Below, in pieces: positions 19,022 to 30,157 of a DNA stretch of 64,000 nt. Source of the DNA: Promethearchaeati archaeon SRVP18_Atabeyarchaeia-1 (GTDB taxonomy: Archaea > Asgardarchaeota > Atabeyarchaeia > Atabeyarchaeales > Atabeyarchaeaceae); contig CP147779.1 of NCBI GenBank assembly GCA_037308085.1, forward strand, positions 1,792,001-1,856,000, written 5' to 3'. The notes under the pieces were generated by a model that worked only from the letters and a program-made list of their open reading frames with translations, was not told the DNA's origin and searched no databases. The translations under genes were made by a program, and so were the position numbers. How positions within the stretch are numbered: the stretch's first letter is position 1; every line of letters starts with the position of its first letter.

Positions 19022-21114
19022 ATGGCAGTTCCAGCAAGGGTGCAACTCTCCCAACAGAGGGACCCCACGTTAAAGTGAAATCTGGCTCGAAAGATCACGG
19101 CGAGCCCCTCGGAGGGAAAGGGCTGCTAAAGATCGCCCTCGCAGGAAATGCCAATGTCGGGAAAAGCGCGATTTTTAATCAATTGACTGGATTGCATCAG
19201 CATATCGGAAACTGGCCTGGAAAGACTGTGGAAAGGGCTGAAGGAACTCTTCACTTCAAGGGATACACGATCGATGTAGTCGACTTGCCTGGCATCTACT
19301 CACTCTCGACTTACTCTATCGAGGAGCTGGTCTCGAGGGAATACATCACATCTGAGAAACCTGACTTGGTTATCGACGTGATTGATGCCACTCTGTTGGA
19401 GAGGAACCTGTTTTTCACTCTGCAACTGATGGAACTGGAGACCCCTCTAGTCGTCGCTTTGAACCAGATTGACTTGGCGAAGAGAAAAGGAATCGACATC
19501 GACATAAGGAAACTGGAGAAGGCTCTTGGGGTTCCTGTGGTTTCCACCGTTGCGGTCAAGGGAATAGGAATCTATGAACTCTTGGATAAGGCAATAGAAA
19601 CCATTGAACGCAAGAGAAACCGAAAACACCAAAACGCGGGCAAGGGAAAAACCCAAGGAGATACTGGGCAAGAAAAAAGCTGCTACCTCAATGGTCCGAT
19701 CAGGTATGGAAATGAGATCGAGGCGAGAATCAACGGTCTGGTAGTCAAGCTTAAGCAGCATCGATGGAAATATCCCAGTAGATACCTGGCGATCAAGCTC
19801 CTCGAAGAGGATGAGGAGATCGCAACAGAAGTCGCGAAACTCGATCCTGCGACAGTCTCAAAGGCTGGAGAGCTTTCCGATGAGCTTGAGAGAATCCACA
19901 GTCACTCTTGCTCTACCCTAATTACGTCGGAGCGGTATGAGGTTGCTGGCTTTATAGCTAGGGATGTTGAAGAGGTGAAGTCCCCGCTGAAGCCCCTATT
20001 AGAGGAACGGCTGCACGATGTCACGACCAGCAGGTTCATGGGTTATCCCATAATGCTCATCACAGTGGCATCCATGTTCCTCTTAGTTTTCGCTTTCGGG
20101 GGATGGTTCTCAGGTCTACTGTCGAGCTTCTTCTACGGCTGGCAGCCAGCCTTCCAAGCAGCACTTGGGGGTGGGGTGATGTCTAGTCTGGGATGGAGCG
20201 TTATTGAAGGAGTAGTAGCTGCTATCACCGTTGCCTTGCCTTTCATAATTCCCTTCTACGTCATTCTCTTCGTTCTGGAGAACTCGGGCTACCTCAGCAG
20301 GGTAGCATTCCTAATGGACAATCTGATGCACAAGATAGGACTTCACGGGAAAGCCTTCATCCCGATGATTCTCGGGTACGGCTGCAATGTCCCAGCATGC
20401 CTTGGCTGTAGGATAATGGAAACCGATAGAGAACGGCTTCTCGCAGCATTCGTGACGACTCTGGTGCCATGCGCCGCAAGAACAGTAGTAATCCTCGGAC
20501 TCGTCGGAGCATTCCTCGGAATACAATATGCTCTGGCTATCTACGTCTTTGACCTGGCAGTGATCTTCCTTCTGGGAAGGATAGCATTCAAAGTCCTGCC
20601 GGGCGAACCTACTGCGCTAATAATGGAGATGTCAGACTACAAGCTACCCCACATGAAGACGGTCTTCAAGGAGACCTGGGTTAGGCTTCTGGAATTTGTG
20701 AAGATGGCGTTTCCAATAATCATAGTCGGCAGCTTCGTTCTCAAACTGATGAGTGTCATTGGCCTCATGGAGCCAATATCCGCTGCACTCAGCCCAGTGA
20801 CAGTTGGATGGCTTGGCTTGCCAGCTGTGACTGGGATCATCCTGATTTTTGGTGTGCTGCGGAAGGAGTTGGCGCTAATAATGCTTGCCGCACTCGTTGG
20901 GACAACTAATTTCGCGCTTGTGTTGACACCCATCCAGATGATCGTGTTCACGATAGTCGTAATGTTCTACGTTCCATGCCTCGCAACAATCGGAGCATTG
21001 GTCAAAGAATTCGGCTGGAAGAGGGCTCTATACGTAACCCTTTTTGAAATACTGTTCGCCATCGCCCTCGGAGGAATAGTCTTAAGAATCCTAACACTCG
21101 TGCTCCAATTATGA
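19018..21114 (+). CDS. feoB: Ferrous iron transport protein B
   Basis: G1 [29 protein letters not shown]; TM domain with GYGCNVPA and PCAAR gates. Confidence 0.95.
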   Translation: MNGSSSKGATLPTEGPHVKVKSGSKDHGEPLGGKGLLKIALAGNANVGKSAIFNQLTGLHQHIGNWPGKTVERAEGTLHFKGYTIDVVDLPGIYSLSTYSIEELVSREYITSEKPDLVIDVIDATLLERNLFFTLQLMELETPLVVALNQIDLAKRKGIDIDIRKLEKALGVPVVSTVAVKGIGIYELLDKAIETIERKRNRKHQNAGKGKTQGDTGQEKSCYLNGPIRYGNEIEARINGLVVKLKQHRWKYPSRYLAIKLLEEDEEIATEVAKLDPATVSKAGELSDELERIHSHSCSTLITSERYEVAGFIARDVEEVKSPLKPLLEERLHDVTTSRFMGYPIMLITVASMFLLVFAFGGWFSGLLSSFFYGWQPAFQAALGGGVMSSLGWSVIEGVVAAITVALPFIIPFYVILFVLENSGYLSRVAFLMDNLMHKIGLHGKAFIPMILGYGCNVPACLGCRIMETDRERLLAAFVTTLVPCAARTVVILGLVGAFLGIQYALAIYVFDLAVIFLLGRIAFKVLPGEPTALIMEMSDYKLPHMKTVFKETWVRLLEFVKMAFPIIIVGSFVLKLMSVIGLMEPISAALSPVTVGWLGLPAVTGIILIFGVLRKELALIMLAALVGTTNFALVLTPIQMIVFTIVVMFYVPCLATIGALVKEFGWKRALYVTLFEILFAIALGGIVLRILTLVLQL

Positions 21115-21162
21115 AAGCACAATTTTCAGGGTCCTTTTAAGAAGAGTTGAAGAAAGAGATCT

Positions 21163-21591
21163 ATGTTCCAGACTCCTGAATCTCTCAAGTGGGTGATTTC
21201 AACGAAAAGGTCGGTCCTTATCACGCGCTCGGTTATTGACAGCATTCTTACATATGCGAAGGTCCAGCATCCTAGGGAAGGAATCCTGCTCCTCAGCGGA
21301 AGGATAGATAGTGACGGAATCCAAGTCGACGAAGTTATTGTGCCTCCCCTCGCTGTCCATGGGTATGGCTTCTCGAGTTTTCCTTTCCAGATGCTTCCAA
21401 TAGATCTGTCCGTGGTAGGCACGGCGCATTCCCATCCTTCTGGAGTTCTCCGGCCATCGGTTGAAGATCTGAACCACTTCTACGGTAGAGTGATGGTCAT
21501 AACAGCGTACCCGTACGATTCCGAGAGCCAGATCGCAGTCTACGACAAAGCGGGGACGACCATAAAGTACGAGATAGAAAAAGGAGCATGA
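21163..21591 (+). CDS. JAMM/MPN+ (Mov34) metalloisopeptidase
   Basis: HPREGILLL (Glu) and HSHPSGVLRPSVED (HxH-x7-S-x2-D). Confidence 0.9.
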   Translation: MFQTPESLKWVISTKRSVLITRSVIDSILTYAKVQHPREGILLLSGRIDSDGIQVDEVIVPPLAVHGYGFSSFPFQMLPIDLSVVGTAHSHPSGVLRPSVEDLNHFYGRVMVITAYPYDSESQIAVYDKAGTTIKYEIEKGA

Positions 21592-21698
21592 ATTCGCTCG
21601 CCAGACAATCATGGTGAACGATCCTTCTAATTCTGCGGGCACGGCCGCTGCCTGCCGTGACATCTATATTGCCCTGATCCACTTCCAGCGTGAACAGG

Positions 21699-21708
21699 AA
21701 AAAAAGGG
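21699..21708 (-). terminator. Putative oligo-U terminator (CCC-T7)
   Basis: Just downstream of the minus-strand MFS gene. Confidence 0.4.
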
Positions 21709-21728
21709 AGAGAGTTGGGTGCGACTCT

Positions 21729-23096
21729 TCATGTCTCTTTAGCTACTCTTTTTCCCCCGTGCTCTTTTTCCAGCTGCTTGAAATTGAAGTCTACTTTGAC
21801 ATGTTGTAGTGCTAGTGCTCCCATTAGAAGGAATATCGCCAGAACTGGCCCGAATGCTCGATATCCTGTGTTTCCTGGGAAGGCCACGTTCCAAGTTAGA
21901 ATGCCAGATATGAAGAAGCCTAGAGCTTGGAATAGATTCAAAGGAATGGAGTTGAAACCCATATAGATGCCCGCTCGCGCTTCGCCAGTCTTTATTTCAT
22001 CTTCGTGAGCTATGTCTGACATGATCACGTAGGGGAAGATCATGTATCCAGACATGTTGAATGCAACTAATGCGACGTATATGAACCCCTGCCAGAACAG
22101 CGGTATCGGTACGCCTGGCCATCCGATTAGCAAGGAAAATGGTAGAACCGCAGTCAGGAACAGCATTGCGAAGGTGAAACTACTTTTCCTGCCAACTTTC
22201 CTGATAACCAGCATCCAGATGAGAAAACTAAGGATTACGACAACGATGAATACGGCGCCGAATATGATGTAGTCTATCGTCGTTGAAAAGTTCAAGACAT
22301 ACTGAACAAAACCTAGCACCATGCTCTGAATAGAGATGAATGCGACGGACAATAATCCTTGGCAGACGATCCATGCCAGGTAGTTCTTGTTGGCAGTTAT
22401 GACTCTGAACTCGCGTCTAATGGATGGTGTCTTGATTTGCTTCTCATGCGATTCTAGGAGCTTCAATATCGAGGGGATGTAGAAGACGATCTGTACCATG
22501 GAAGCTATGAACATTATCTCAAGGATTAAGCCCCAGCTACCGGCTTTTATCAGGCTCGGAAATGTGAATGCAATTAGTATTCCGATCGCAGTTCCAATCA
22601 TGTTTGTCGTATTCAGGATTGTCGATAATCGGACTCTCTCTTCTGGCTCGGTTAACTCTGGCATCCAGCTCTGATATGGTGTACTGATCCATCCGTACCA
22701 GAAGTTCACCATGCAAACTGCGATTGTCATGTATAAGAACAGAGGTATCTGGTAAGAGCCTGCATTAGCATCAGGTACCATCGCGGATGTGGGCAAGAAG
22801 TAGGTTGGCGAGAATAGTAGAATCATGGAAAGTGCGAGAAATGGTATTCCAGTGATAACGAAAGGTTTTCTTCTCCCATATCGGGTGCCTTTCAATCTGT
22901 CACTTAGAGCGCCGGCCGCAAACTGTGATATCATTATCGTTATTTTGCTGAGAGCTAAGGCGATTCCGGCATACAAGCCAATTAGCACAAGCGGGTTTGC
23001 TTCATAGAAGTTCAATGGAGCGAATTCGACTAGTCGCAGGGCAATCTGAGCACCCAGCGGTCCAATGCCATACCACAACTTATGACTTGCCTTCAT
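21729..23096 (-). CDS. MFS transporter, GPH/MelB-like sugar:cation symporter
   Basis: GALSDR...TRYGRRKPF, PYQSWMPELT..EER, DIAHEDE.KTG.ARAGIY; about 12 TMs. Confidence 0.85.
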   Translation of the reverse strand: MKASHKLWYGIGPLGAQIALRLVEFAPLNFYEANPLVLIGLYAGIALALSKITIMISQFAAGALSDRLKGTRYGRRKPFVITGIPFLALSMILLFSPTYFLPTSAMVPDANAGSYQIPLFLYMTIAVCMVNFWYGWISTPYQSWMPELTEPEERVRLSTILNTTNMIGTAIGILIAFTFPSLIKAGSWGLILEIMFIASMVQIVFYIPSILKLLESHEKQIKTPSIRREFRVITANKNYLAWIVCQGLLSVAFISIQSMVLGFVQYVLNFSTTIDYIIFGAVFIVVVILSFLIWMLVIRKVGRKSSFTFAMLFLTAVLPFSLLIGWPGVPIPLFWQGFIYVALVAFNMSGYMIFPYVIMSDIAHEDEIKTGEARAGIYMGFNSIPLNLFQALGFFISGILTWNVAFPGNTGYRAFGPVLAIFLLMGALALQHVKVDFNFKQLEKEHGGKRVAKET

Positions 23097-23720
23097 GAAG
23101 AGTCTTTATTTGCGGTATCTGTATTTAAATAGGTTGTGTCCTAGAGCCTTGCCCGATAAGTAAGTCGGTAGATTACAGAGTATTAGCCAGGGATCTGGGC
23201 GCTTCTGACTGCAAAATGAAAGGCAGAACAAAGGCATTGTGAGGTGCACTGCTCTCACACTGTCCTGTTTTGAGAAAAGATTGTGCTTTCCACGTGCATA
23301 TGTGCACTCGTGCAAAGCTCTCCCTCGTTATCGCGTCTCTCAAAGACTACATGGTAAGCCTGGTAGTTGCACTCTGGCCTAGTCGCCAGCAAACAAGGGG
23401 TGAAGGCTGGACAATATCGCTTCCAGTTAAAAGTTAACATTATCGTTGGCAAACAACAAAAGCTATTTATCCCGTCTTCAATCGCTCAATTAGTGGACGC
23501 AAGCCTGATGATCGCGTATGTTTTGCAGCATTTGCAGAGAAGATGAGATCGCACATAGGTTGTTGTTCCCTTTAGTATTGTTCCGATTCCCATTTCGCAT
23601 TGGAAAGGCTAATAGATTCGAAGCCATGAAAAGTGATGAGGCATGCGCAAGGTCGCGCTTGAGAGTGGTTGTATCCATGATAACCAGCAGCATTCGGTTT
23701 GAGATTGGAACAGTCATGGG

Positions 23721-25193
23721 ATGGTAGGAAGTGAGTTTATGGTTATTTCGAATAGGGGCATTGTGGTTCTGGGGGGTGGCGCCACTGGAATAGAAGCGTC
23801 GTTGAACCTTGCAGATATGGGCTTCACAGTGCATCTTGTTGAGGGATCACCTACGCTGGGGGAGAAGATTCTCTATGCAGATCATACGACCTCGTCCGAT
23901 TCTTCCATCACGACGCTTTACCCAAAGATGGTGGAGTGTGCAAGACATCCCAGGATATTGTTGCACCTCAATTCAGCCGTTGCTGCCTTCAAAGGGGGTC
24001 GCGGAGATTTCGTCTTGAGAATCGTTGAAAAGCCCAGATACGTCAGTTCCGAGAAGTGTGTGGGCTGTCAAGCGTGCTCAGACAAATGCCCAGCCAAGGT
24101 CCAGAATGAGTTGGACGCGGGCAGAAGCATGAGAAAGGCCATCTATATGCCCTTGCCAGAATCGGTACCTAGAATCGTGACTATAGACTCCAAGAACTGC
24201 CTATTCTTCACCAAGAAGATCTGCAGAGTATGTGAAAGGTTCTGCACGTCTGGCGCAATAGACTTCGACCAGAAGCCACGTGAGACAGAACTGAATGTTG
24301 CATCAATTGTCGTTGCACCAACTCTGGACATGAAAGACGCCTCAATTCTACCGAACGTGAAAGATGTTGGAATCTACCGCTGCAAGCACCCCGCTGATTG
24401 CAGACCTGAGGATTTGCAGGCGGCCATCAAACTGGGAGCGGCGGTCGCGAATGCCGTTGGCCAGGATATGGCGGGGGCCTTAGGAATTGCAGAGTTCAAC
24501 AGGCTAGCCACGCTTAGCCCAAGAAGCATCACAGCTGTAGTCGATCAAGGCAAATGCAACGGGTGTGGCGCGTGCGAGAATCTTTGCGCGAGTGGAGCCC
24601 CGAAGGTCACATCGACTGGTGGGCAGAAGCTTTCCCAGATTAACCCTCTTCGCTGCGAGGGTTGCGGGACTTGCGTCGCCGGGTGCCCACGCTTTGCGAT
24701 CACGTTGCAGAACTACGCCGACGATCAGGTTCTCGGTCAGGTCAATGTTGTTCTTAGTCAAGCCGTGGCGCCTGGTGAGCCGCGGATTCTGATGTTTGCA
24801 TGCGAATACTGTGGCTTCCCCACCTCAGAGCGTACTGGAGCGTGGAAAACAGACTACCCTGAAAATGTCAAGGTTGTGAGCCTTCCCTGTAGCGGCAGAC
24901 TGGACCCGTTCATCGTGGCTGCAGCTCTCAAGGCTGGGGCTGACGGCGTGATAATATCAGGTTGCAGACCAGGACACTGTCATTTCCTGATTGGAAACAA
25001 GGTTGCGGAGCAGAGGTACAGGATCCTCGAAGAGGCGATGGATACACTTGATGCTGGCTCGTGTAGAGTCCGTCTCCAATGGATCTCTCCCAGCGAACCT
25101 AAACCGTTCACGAGCTTCGTCAAAGAGATGTCCGAAAGACTTCGAGAACTTGGTCCTAACCCGATAAGGAATTCAGCGGCCGGGAATAGCTGA
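23721..25193 (+). CDS. Truncated HdrA-like protein fused to ferredoxin and MvhD domains
   Basis: N-terminal GGGATG, HdrA ferredoxin insert (CVGCQACSDKCP), two further CxxCxxC motifs, C-terminal MvhD (FACEYC, PCSGRLD, GCRPGHCH). Confidence 0.8.
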   Translation: MVGSEFMVISNRGIVVLGGGATGIEASLNLADMGFTVHLVEGSPTLGEKILYADHTTSSDSSITTLYPKMVECARHPRILLHLNSAVAAFKGGRGDFVLRIVEKPRYVSSEKCVGCQACSDKCPAKVQNELDAGRSMRKAIYMPLPESVPRIVTIDSKNCLFFTKKICRVCERFCTSGAIDFDQKPRETELNVASIVVAPTLDMKDASILPNVKDVGIYRCKHPADCRPEDLQAAIKLGAAVANAVGQDMAGALGIAEFNRLATLSPRSITAVVDQGKCNGCGACENLCASGAPKVTSTGGQKLSQINPLRCEGCGTCVAGCPRFAITLQNYADDQVLGQVNVVLSQAVAPGEPRILMFACEYCGFPTSERTGAWKTDYPENVKVVSLPCSGRLDPFIVAAALKAGADGVIISGCRPGHCHFLIGNKVAEQRYRILEEAMDTLDAGSCRVRLQWISPSEPKPFTSFVKEMSERLRELGPNPIRNSAAGNS

Positions 25194-25231
25194 TTAAAGG
25201 GAATAAGTACTCAAACGAGGTTGAACAACCA

Positions 25232-25741
25232 TTGGATCTCCCTGAGAAAATAACCCCTGACCCCTCATTCATGGAGGAAGTCCTGAGCGAGCCGGATGGA
25301 GAGATGCTGAGATACTGCTTCAATTGCGGGACTTGCACCGCTTCATGCGTCGTCAGCAGACACACCGAGAATTACAGACCAAGAATGATCCTTCACTTAG
25401 TATCGCTGGGAGCACGGGATGCAATCCTCAAAAGCAAGGAGATCTGGCTTTGCGCAGCATGCAACACGTGCGGGGAGCGCTGCCCCCAGGGAATCAATAT
25501 AGCCGAAGCGATGAATGTTCTCCGCAGGCTCGCCATAAAGCACAATCAGATCCCCTCCTCCGTGAGAGCGCTTGCTTCGAGTATAGTGAAGTTCGGCAGA
25601 ATCTACGAGATAGACGACTTCATAGAGGAGGAGCGTCAAGACTTAGGTCTGCCTGTGCTTCCACCTCCCGACAAGAAATTCCTAGAATCCCTGTCAAGGA
25701 AGATTAACTCGAAATCGCCAAACCTTCTTCCCTCTGAATAG
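25232..25741 (+). CDS. hdrC: Heterodisulfide reductase subunit C
   Basis: CFNCGTCTASC, IWLCAACNTCGERCPQG. Confidence 0.9.
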   Translation: MDLPEKITPDPSFMEEVLSEPDGEMLRYCFNCGTCTASCVVSRHTENYRPRMILHLVSLGARDAILKSKEIWLCAACNTCGERCPQGINIAEAMNVLRRLAIKHNQIPSSVRALASSIVKFGRIYEIDDFIEEERQDLGLPVLPPPDKKFLESLSRKINSKSPNLLPSE

Positions 25742-25786
25742 ATGACGCGGCAAGAACAGATCCAAAGAACCAAGAGGTAAACAAGA

Positions 25787-26710
25787 ATGAACCAAGCCGC
25801 CAAAAGCAATTACAAGGGCTGCCATTGTGGTAGCAGGGACAATAGATACGGCTACTTCGCAGGATGCACCATCCCCGCCAGATTGAACAGCTACGAACTC
25901 TCTTCTCGAAAAGTCCTAAACAGGCTTGGGGTAGAGCTGGTGAATCTCGAAGGGGCCTCTTGCTGCGGAATGCCTCTTGAGCGAGTTGACCACGAATCCC
26001 ACATGTTCATGGTTAGCAAGGTTCTCGCTGAGGCGGAGCGGCAGGAGCTTGATATCCTGACTCTCTGTTCAGGTTGCTTCGGGAGCTTGTCACGAGGTGC
26101 CGCTTACCTCACTAGTCACCAAGAAGAATGGAAGAAGATGAACGAATCACTCGGAGAATTCAACCTCCAATACAGAGGCATAGCCCAAGTCCGGCACTTA
26201 ATTCAGATCCTCTACGAAGATGTCGGTCCTGCAAGGATCAGAAGCCAGGTCAAGCGGGATCTGGGCAAGCTTAGAGTTGCAGCGCACTATGGCTGCCACC
26301 CGCTGAAGCCACACGATATAGTCAAGTTCGATGATCCAGAGGAACCGAAGAGCCTTGATGAACTCATCAGCGCTACAGGTGCGGATAGCGTTGAATACAA
26401 GGACAAACTGCAATGCTGCGGATCACCTATCTTGGCTGCCGACGAGGGCCTCGCCATGAAAATAGCGAAGACGAAGCTGGACAACATAAAAGCTGCAAAT
26501 GTTGACGCTATTGTCACGATCTGTCCGTTCTGCGAACTGATGCTTGATGGAATGCAGATAGTCATCGGAGACAAGTTCAAGGAGAACTATGGTATCCCCG
26601 CGCTGTTCCTGCCTCAGCTAATAGGGCTCGCCATGGGCATTGAACCAGTAGACCTTGGCATTAACATGAACAAGGTAAGCGCGGAGAACCTGCTTAGCCG
26701 CATAGCATGA
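25787..26710 (+). CDS. hdrB: Heterodisulfide reductase subunit B
   Basis: Two CCG domains (GC..CCG..CSGC; HYGCH..CCG..CPFC). Confidence 0.92.
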   Translation: MNQAAKSNYKGCHCGSRDNRYGYFAGCTIPARLNSYELSSRKVLNRLGVELVNLEGASCCGMPLERVDHESHMFMVSKVLAEAERQELDILTLCSGCFGSLSRGAAYLTSHQEEWKKMNESLGEFNLQYRGIAQVRHLIQILYEDVGPARIRSQVKRDLGKLRVAAHYGCHPLKPHDIVKFDDPEEPKSLDELISATGADSVEYKDKLQCCGSPILAADEGLAMKIAKTKLDNIKAANVDAIVTICPFCELMLDGMQIVIGDKFKENYGIPALFLPQLIGLAMGIEPVDLGINMNKVSAENLLSRIA

Positions 26711-26729
26711 GAAGAGGAGTGAGGAGAAG

Positions 26730-28076
26730 ATGTCAGAGCCTCCCGACATGGGCGCGAGAACTGAGGGAAACCAGAAGGCATGCCTCGTAATTGGCGGAGG
26801 AATTGCAGGCATACAGGCCTCCATCGATCTTGCTGACCAAGGCTTCAAGGTCTATCTTGTTGAGCGGGAGCCGAGCATAGGTGGACACATGGCTCAGCTT
26901 GACAAGACGTTTCCAACACTCGACTGCTCCGCGTGCATACTGACTCCAAAAATGGTTGATGCTTCGAGACACCGAAACATTGAGCTAATCACGTACGCAG
27001 AGGTCAACTCGGTGACGGGTGAAGCCGGAGACTTCGAAGTCAAGATAACAAGGAAACCTCGATTTGTCAGGTCGGACAAGTGCACTGGCTGCGGAACTTG
27101 TTCTAGGCATTGCCCGGTTGAGGTTCCAAATGAATTTGATGTGGGACTCGGCATAAGGAATGCGATATACGTACCGTTTCCTCAGGCTGTTCCATCGACC
27201 TACACGGTTGATGATGCACACTGCATCAAATGCAAGCTCTGCGAGAACATATGCCAGGCGGGCGCATTGGACTTTAGCCAGAAGCCGGTTGAGACGAAGC
27301 TGAATGTCGGAGCCGTGATAGTCTGTACTGGCTTCGACTTCTTCGATGTCAAGCAGCACTACAAGAACCTAGGTTACGGGAGATATGACAACGTTATCTC
27401 ATCACTTGAATTTGAGCGGCTAATCAACGCGTCGGGTCCAACAAGCGGCTCGGTAATTAGGCTCTCTGACGGTAGAGTCCCGAAGAGAATCGCCTTCGTC
27501 AACTGCATAGGGAGCAGAGACGAGAAAAAGGGCATTGAATACTGTTCGAGGGTCTGCTGCATGTATTCAACCAAGAACGCTATCCTCGCTACCGAGCACG
27601 TGGATGGCTGCGAGCCAACTATATACTTCATAGACCTCCGAGCCTTTGGGAAGGGATTCGAAGAGTTCTACAAGTTGGCCGAGAAGACCTACGGAGTGAA
27701 GTACGTGAAGGGAAGAGTAGGTGAAATAGCCCAAGATCCTGAGACGAAGAACCTAATCATAAGAGCGGAGGACACCGCGTCCGGAAGAGTGCTCACAAAC
27801 GAACATGATTTGGTGGTTCTGTCACCCGGACTGACTGCATGCAAGCAGGCAATCGACTTCACTAAGTGGGGTTTGCCGGTCGAGAGAGATCGCCACGGCT
27901 TCTACCAAAGCAGGGAGGCTGCAACGCTCCCCGTTGATACATGCGTCAAGGGGTTCTACGTATGTGGAGCCGCCGAAAGTCCAAAGGATATCCCAGACTC
28001 AGTTGCCCAAGCCAGCGCCGCGGCAATGAGGGCTTCGATTGTCTTGGCAGGCAGTCAACCCAAGAGGAGGTACTAG
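26730..28076 (+). CDS. hdrA: Heterodisulfide reductase subunit A-like (lacks the N-terminal domain)
   Basis: GGGIAGIQA, LDKTFPTLDCSACILTP, CIGSRD, YCSRVCCMY, PKDIPDSVAQA. Confidence 0.9.
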   Translation: MSEPPDMGARTEGNQKACLVIGGGIAGIQASIDLADQGFKVYLVEREPSIGGHMAQLDKTFPTLDCSACILTPKMVDASRHRNIELITYAEVNSVTGEAGDFEVKITRKPRFVRSDKCTGCGTCSRHCPVEVPNEFDVGLGIRNAIYVPFPQAVPSTYTVDDAHCIKCKLCENICQAGALDFSQKPVETKLNVGAVIVCTGFDFFDVKQHYKNLGYGRYDNVISSLEFERLINASGPTSGSVIRLSDGRVPKRIAFVNCIGSRDEKKGIEYCSRVCCMYSTKNAILATEHVDGCEPTIYFIDLRAFGKGFEEFYKLAEKTYGVKYVKGRVGEIAQDPETKNLIIRAEDTASGRVLTNEHDLVVLSPGLTACKQAIDFTKWGLPVERDRHGFYQSREAATLPVDTCVKGFYVCGAAESPKDIPDSVAQASAAAMRASIVLAGSQPKRRY

Positions 28077-28078
28077 AC

Positions 28079-30130
28079 TTGGCGAACTCAAAAGCTGGTT
28101 CAAGTCCATCGCACTCATTGTCAAACGAGGAGCCGAGGATAGGCGTCTACGTGTGCCACTGTGGAAGCAACATCGCAGGCACGGTTGACGTAGAGAAGGT
28201 GGCAAACTTCGCCTCGAAACTTCCGAACGTCACCATCGCGCGACACTACATGTACATGTGCAGCGACAGCGGGCAAGCACTCATAAAGGAAGACATCGAG
28301 AAACTTGGAATCAACAGAGTCGTGGTCGCCTCCTGCTCACCAAGAATGCATGAACCTACTTTCAGAAAGGTATGCGAAAGCAAGGGGCTTAACAAGTATC
28401 TGTTCGAGATGGCGAACCTGCGCGAGCACTGCTCGTGGGCGCACATGCATGAGCCTCAGAAAGCTACCGAGAAAGCAATTGAGCTCGTAAGAATGGCTGT
28501 GGCGAAGGCGCGCCTGCTGGAGCCCCTGCCACCGATGGAGGTCGAGGTCACACCGAGCGTCCTCATAGTTGGTGGTGGCGTTGCGGGACTGACTGCCGCA
28601 AGAGACGTGGCGCAGCGGGGATTCAGCGTCACCTTGGTGGAGAAGAAGCCGGTTCTCGGGGGAAACCTTGCAAAGCTTAGTGCACTCTTCCCTTCAGGCA
28701 AGAAAGCCTCTGAGACCATAGAGCCCGTAATCAAGGACGTCGTAACGAATAGAAACATCACTGTCAAGTTGAATACGCAGGTTGTGTCGTCGCAAGGTTT
28801 CATCGGCAACTTCAAGGTCACCTTGTCGGAGCAACCTGACTTCGTAAATCAGAAATGCAGCTTGTGCGGAGAATGCTCAAAGGTTTGTCCCGTTGAAGTT
28901 CCTGACGAGTATAACTTCGGTCTGGTTTCCCGGAAATCCATCCACGAGGTACAATCTCATACTCCGGAAGGAAGTAGCAGCAGATTCGTCTTGGATCCCG
29001 AGAACTGCACCAAATGTGGAAGATGCTTGGAGGTGTGCCAGCCCTCAGCTATTGACCTGGATCTTAAGCCCAAAGAATCAGAAGTCGACGTCGGTTCAAT
29101 AATACTGGTCACCGGTTTTGACTCATTTGAACCCAACGGTCTGTATCTCTACGGTGTAAACCCGGATGTGGTAACTCTGGCTCAGTTCTCTAGGATCATG
29201 AGGGAGGATGGGCCAACTAAGGGTGAGCTGGTCAACCCTAGAACTGGAAGGAGGTCACAGTCAGTTGTCTTCATATCATGTGTCGGTTCGAGAGAGGAAC
29301 CTGATTACGGAGAAGCAGTGGAAGGAACCGCTCCTCGGAGAACATACTGCTCAAGAGTCTGCTGTACCGCCATAGCTGAGAGCGCTAACGCGATCAGAGA
29401 GAAATATCCTAGGTCTCAGGTTTACGTCCTATATAGAGACTTCAGAACTTTCGGCAAAGGGCACGAAGAACTCTATAGGAGAAGCAGGGAGAACCTAGTA
29501 AAGTACATCCGTTACACGTCAGAAAAGCCGCCTGAAGTCAAAGGCATAGAAGGCGTTAGAGAGGACAAGCCTCTAATAGTTTCGGTTTGGGATGACTTGA
29601 TCGCGAGGCAAGTCGAGATCCCAGCAGACATCGTCGTACTCGCGTCGGCGATAGTTCCCTCAAAGGGCGCGACCGAGCTCGGTCAGATCCTCGGGGTGAC
29701 CCGGTCACGCGATGGCTTTTACCTCGAAGCCCACCTGAAACTGAACCCGCTGAGTTCTGTTTCGGACGGAATATTCCTTGGGGGAGTAGCACAGGGACCG
29801 AAGGATAGCTGCGACAGCGCGGCTCAGGGTAGCGGAGCCGCAGGCAAGGCCTCCGCGCTGCTTGCACAAGGACGAGTTTCGATAGAATCATCAGTCTCAT
29901 CAGTCAACGAGGACAGGTGCGGCGGATGCGGAATCTGTGAGGGTGCTTGCATCTACGGCGCAATGGAAATGAAAGCGCTGGGTGAAGACAAATCCAAGCG
30001 CGTGGCGCATGTGATCGAAGCTGTGTGCAAGGGCTGCGGAACATGCGGCGCAGGATGCCCGTCAGGAGCTATAACCATGAAACACTTCACAGACCATCAA
30101 ATAACAGAGATGATCAAGGCAGCCATGTAG
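28079..30130 (+). CDS. hdrA: Heterodisulfide reductase subunit A
   Basis: RIGVYVCHCGSNI, YMCS, SCSPRMHE, NLREHCSW, GGGVAG, CVGSR, YCSRVCC, C-terminal ferredoxin; TTG start after GAGGAGGT RBS. Confidence 0.92.
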   Translation: MANSKAGSSPSHSLSNEEPRIGVYVCHCGSNIAGTVDVEKVANFASKLPNVTIARHYMYMCSDSGQALIKEDIEKLGINRVVVASCSPRMHEPTFRKVCESKGLNKYLFEMANLREHCSWAHMHEPQKATEKAIELVRMAVAKARLLEPLPPMEVEVTPSVLIVGGGVAGLTAARDVAQRGFSVTLVEKKPVLGGNLAKLSALFPSGKKASETIEPVIKDVVTNRNITVKLNTQVVSSQGFIGNFKVTLSEQPDFVNQKCSLCGECSKVCPVEVPDEYNFGLVSRKSIHEVQSHTPEGSSSRFVLDPENCTKCGRCLEVCQPSAIDLDLKPKESEVDVGSIILVTGFDSFEPNGLYLYGVNPDVVTLAQFSRIMREDGPTKGELVNPRTGRRSQSVVFISCVGSREEPDYGEAVEGTAPRRTYCSRVCCTAIAESANAIREKYPRSQVYVLYRDFRTFGKGHEELYRRSRENLVKYIRYTSEKPPEVKGIEGVREDKPLIVSVWDDLIARQVEIPADIVVLASAIVPSKGATELGQILGVTRSRDGFYLEAHLKLNPLSSVSDGIFLGGVAQGPKDSCDSAAQGSGAAGKASALLAQGRVSIESSVSSVNEDRCGGCGICEGACIYGAMEMKALGEDKSKRVAHVIEAVCKGCGTCGAGCPSGAITMKHFTDHQITEMIKAAM

Positions 30131-30157
30131 AGGCGAAGAGGAAGGTGTGACCAAGAA

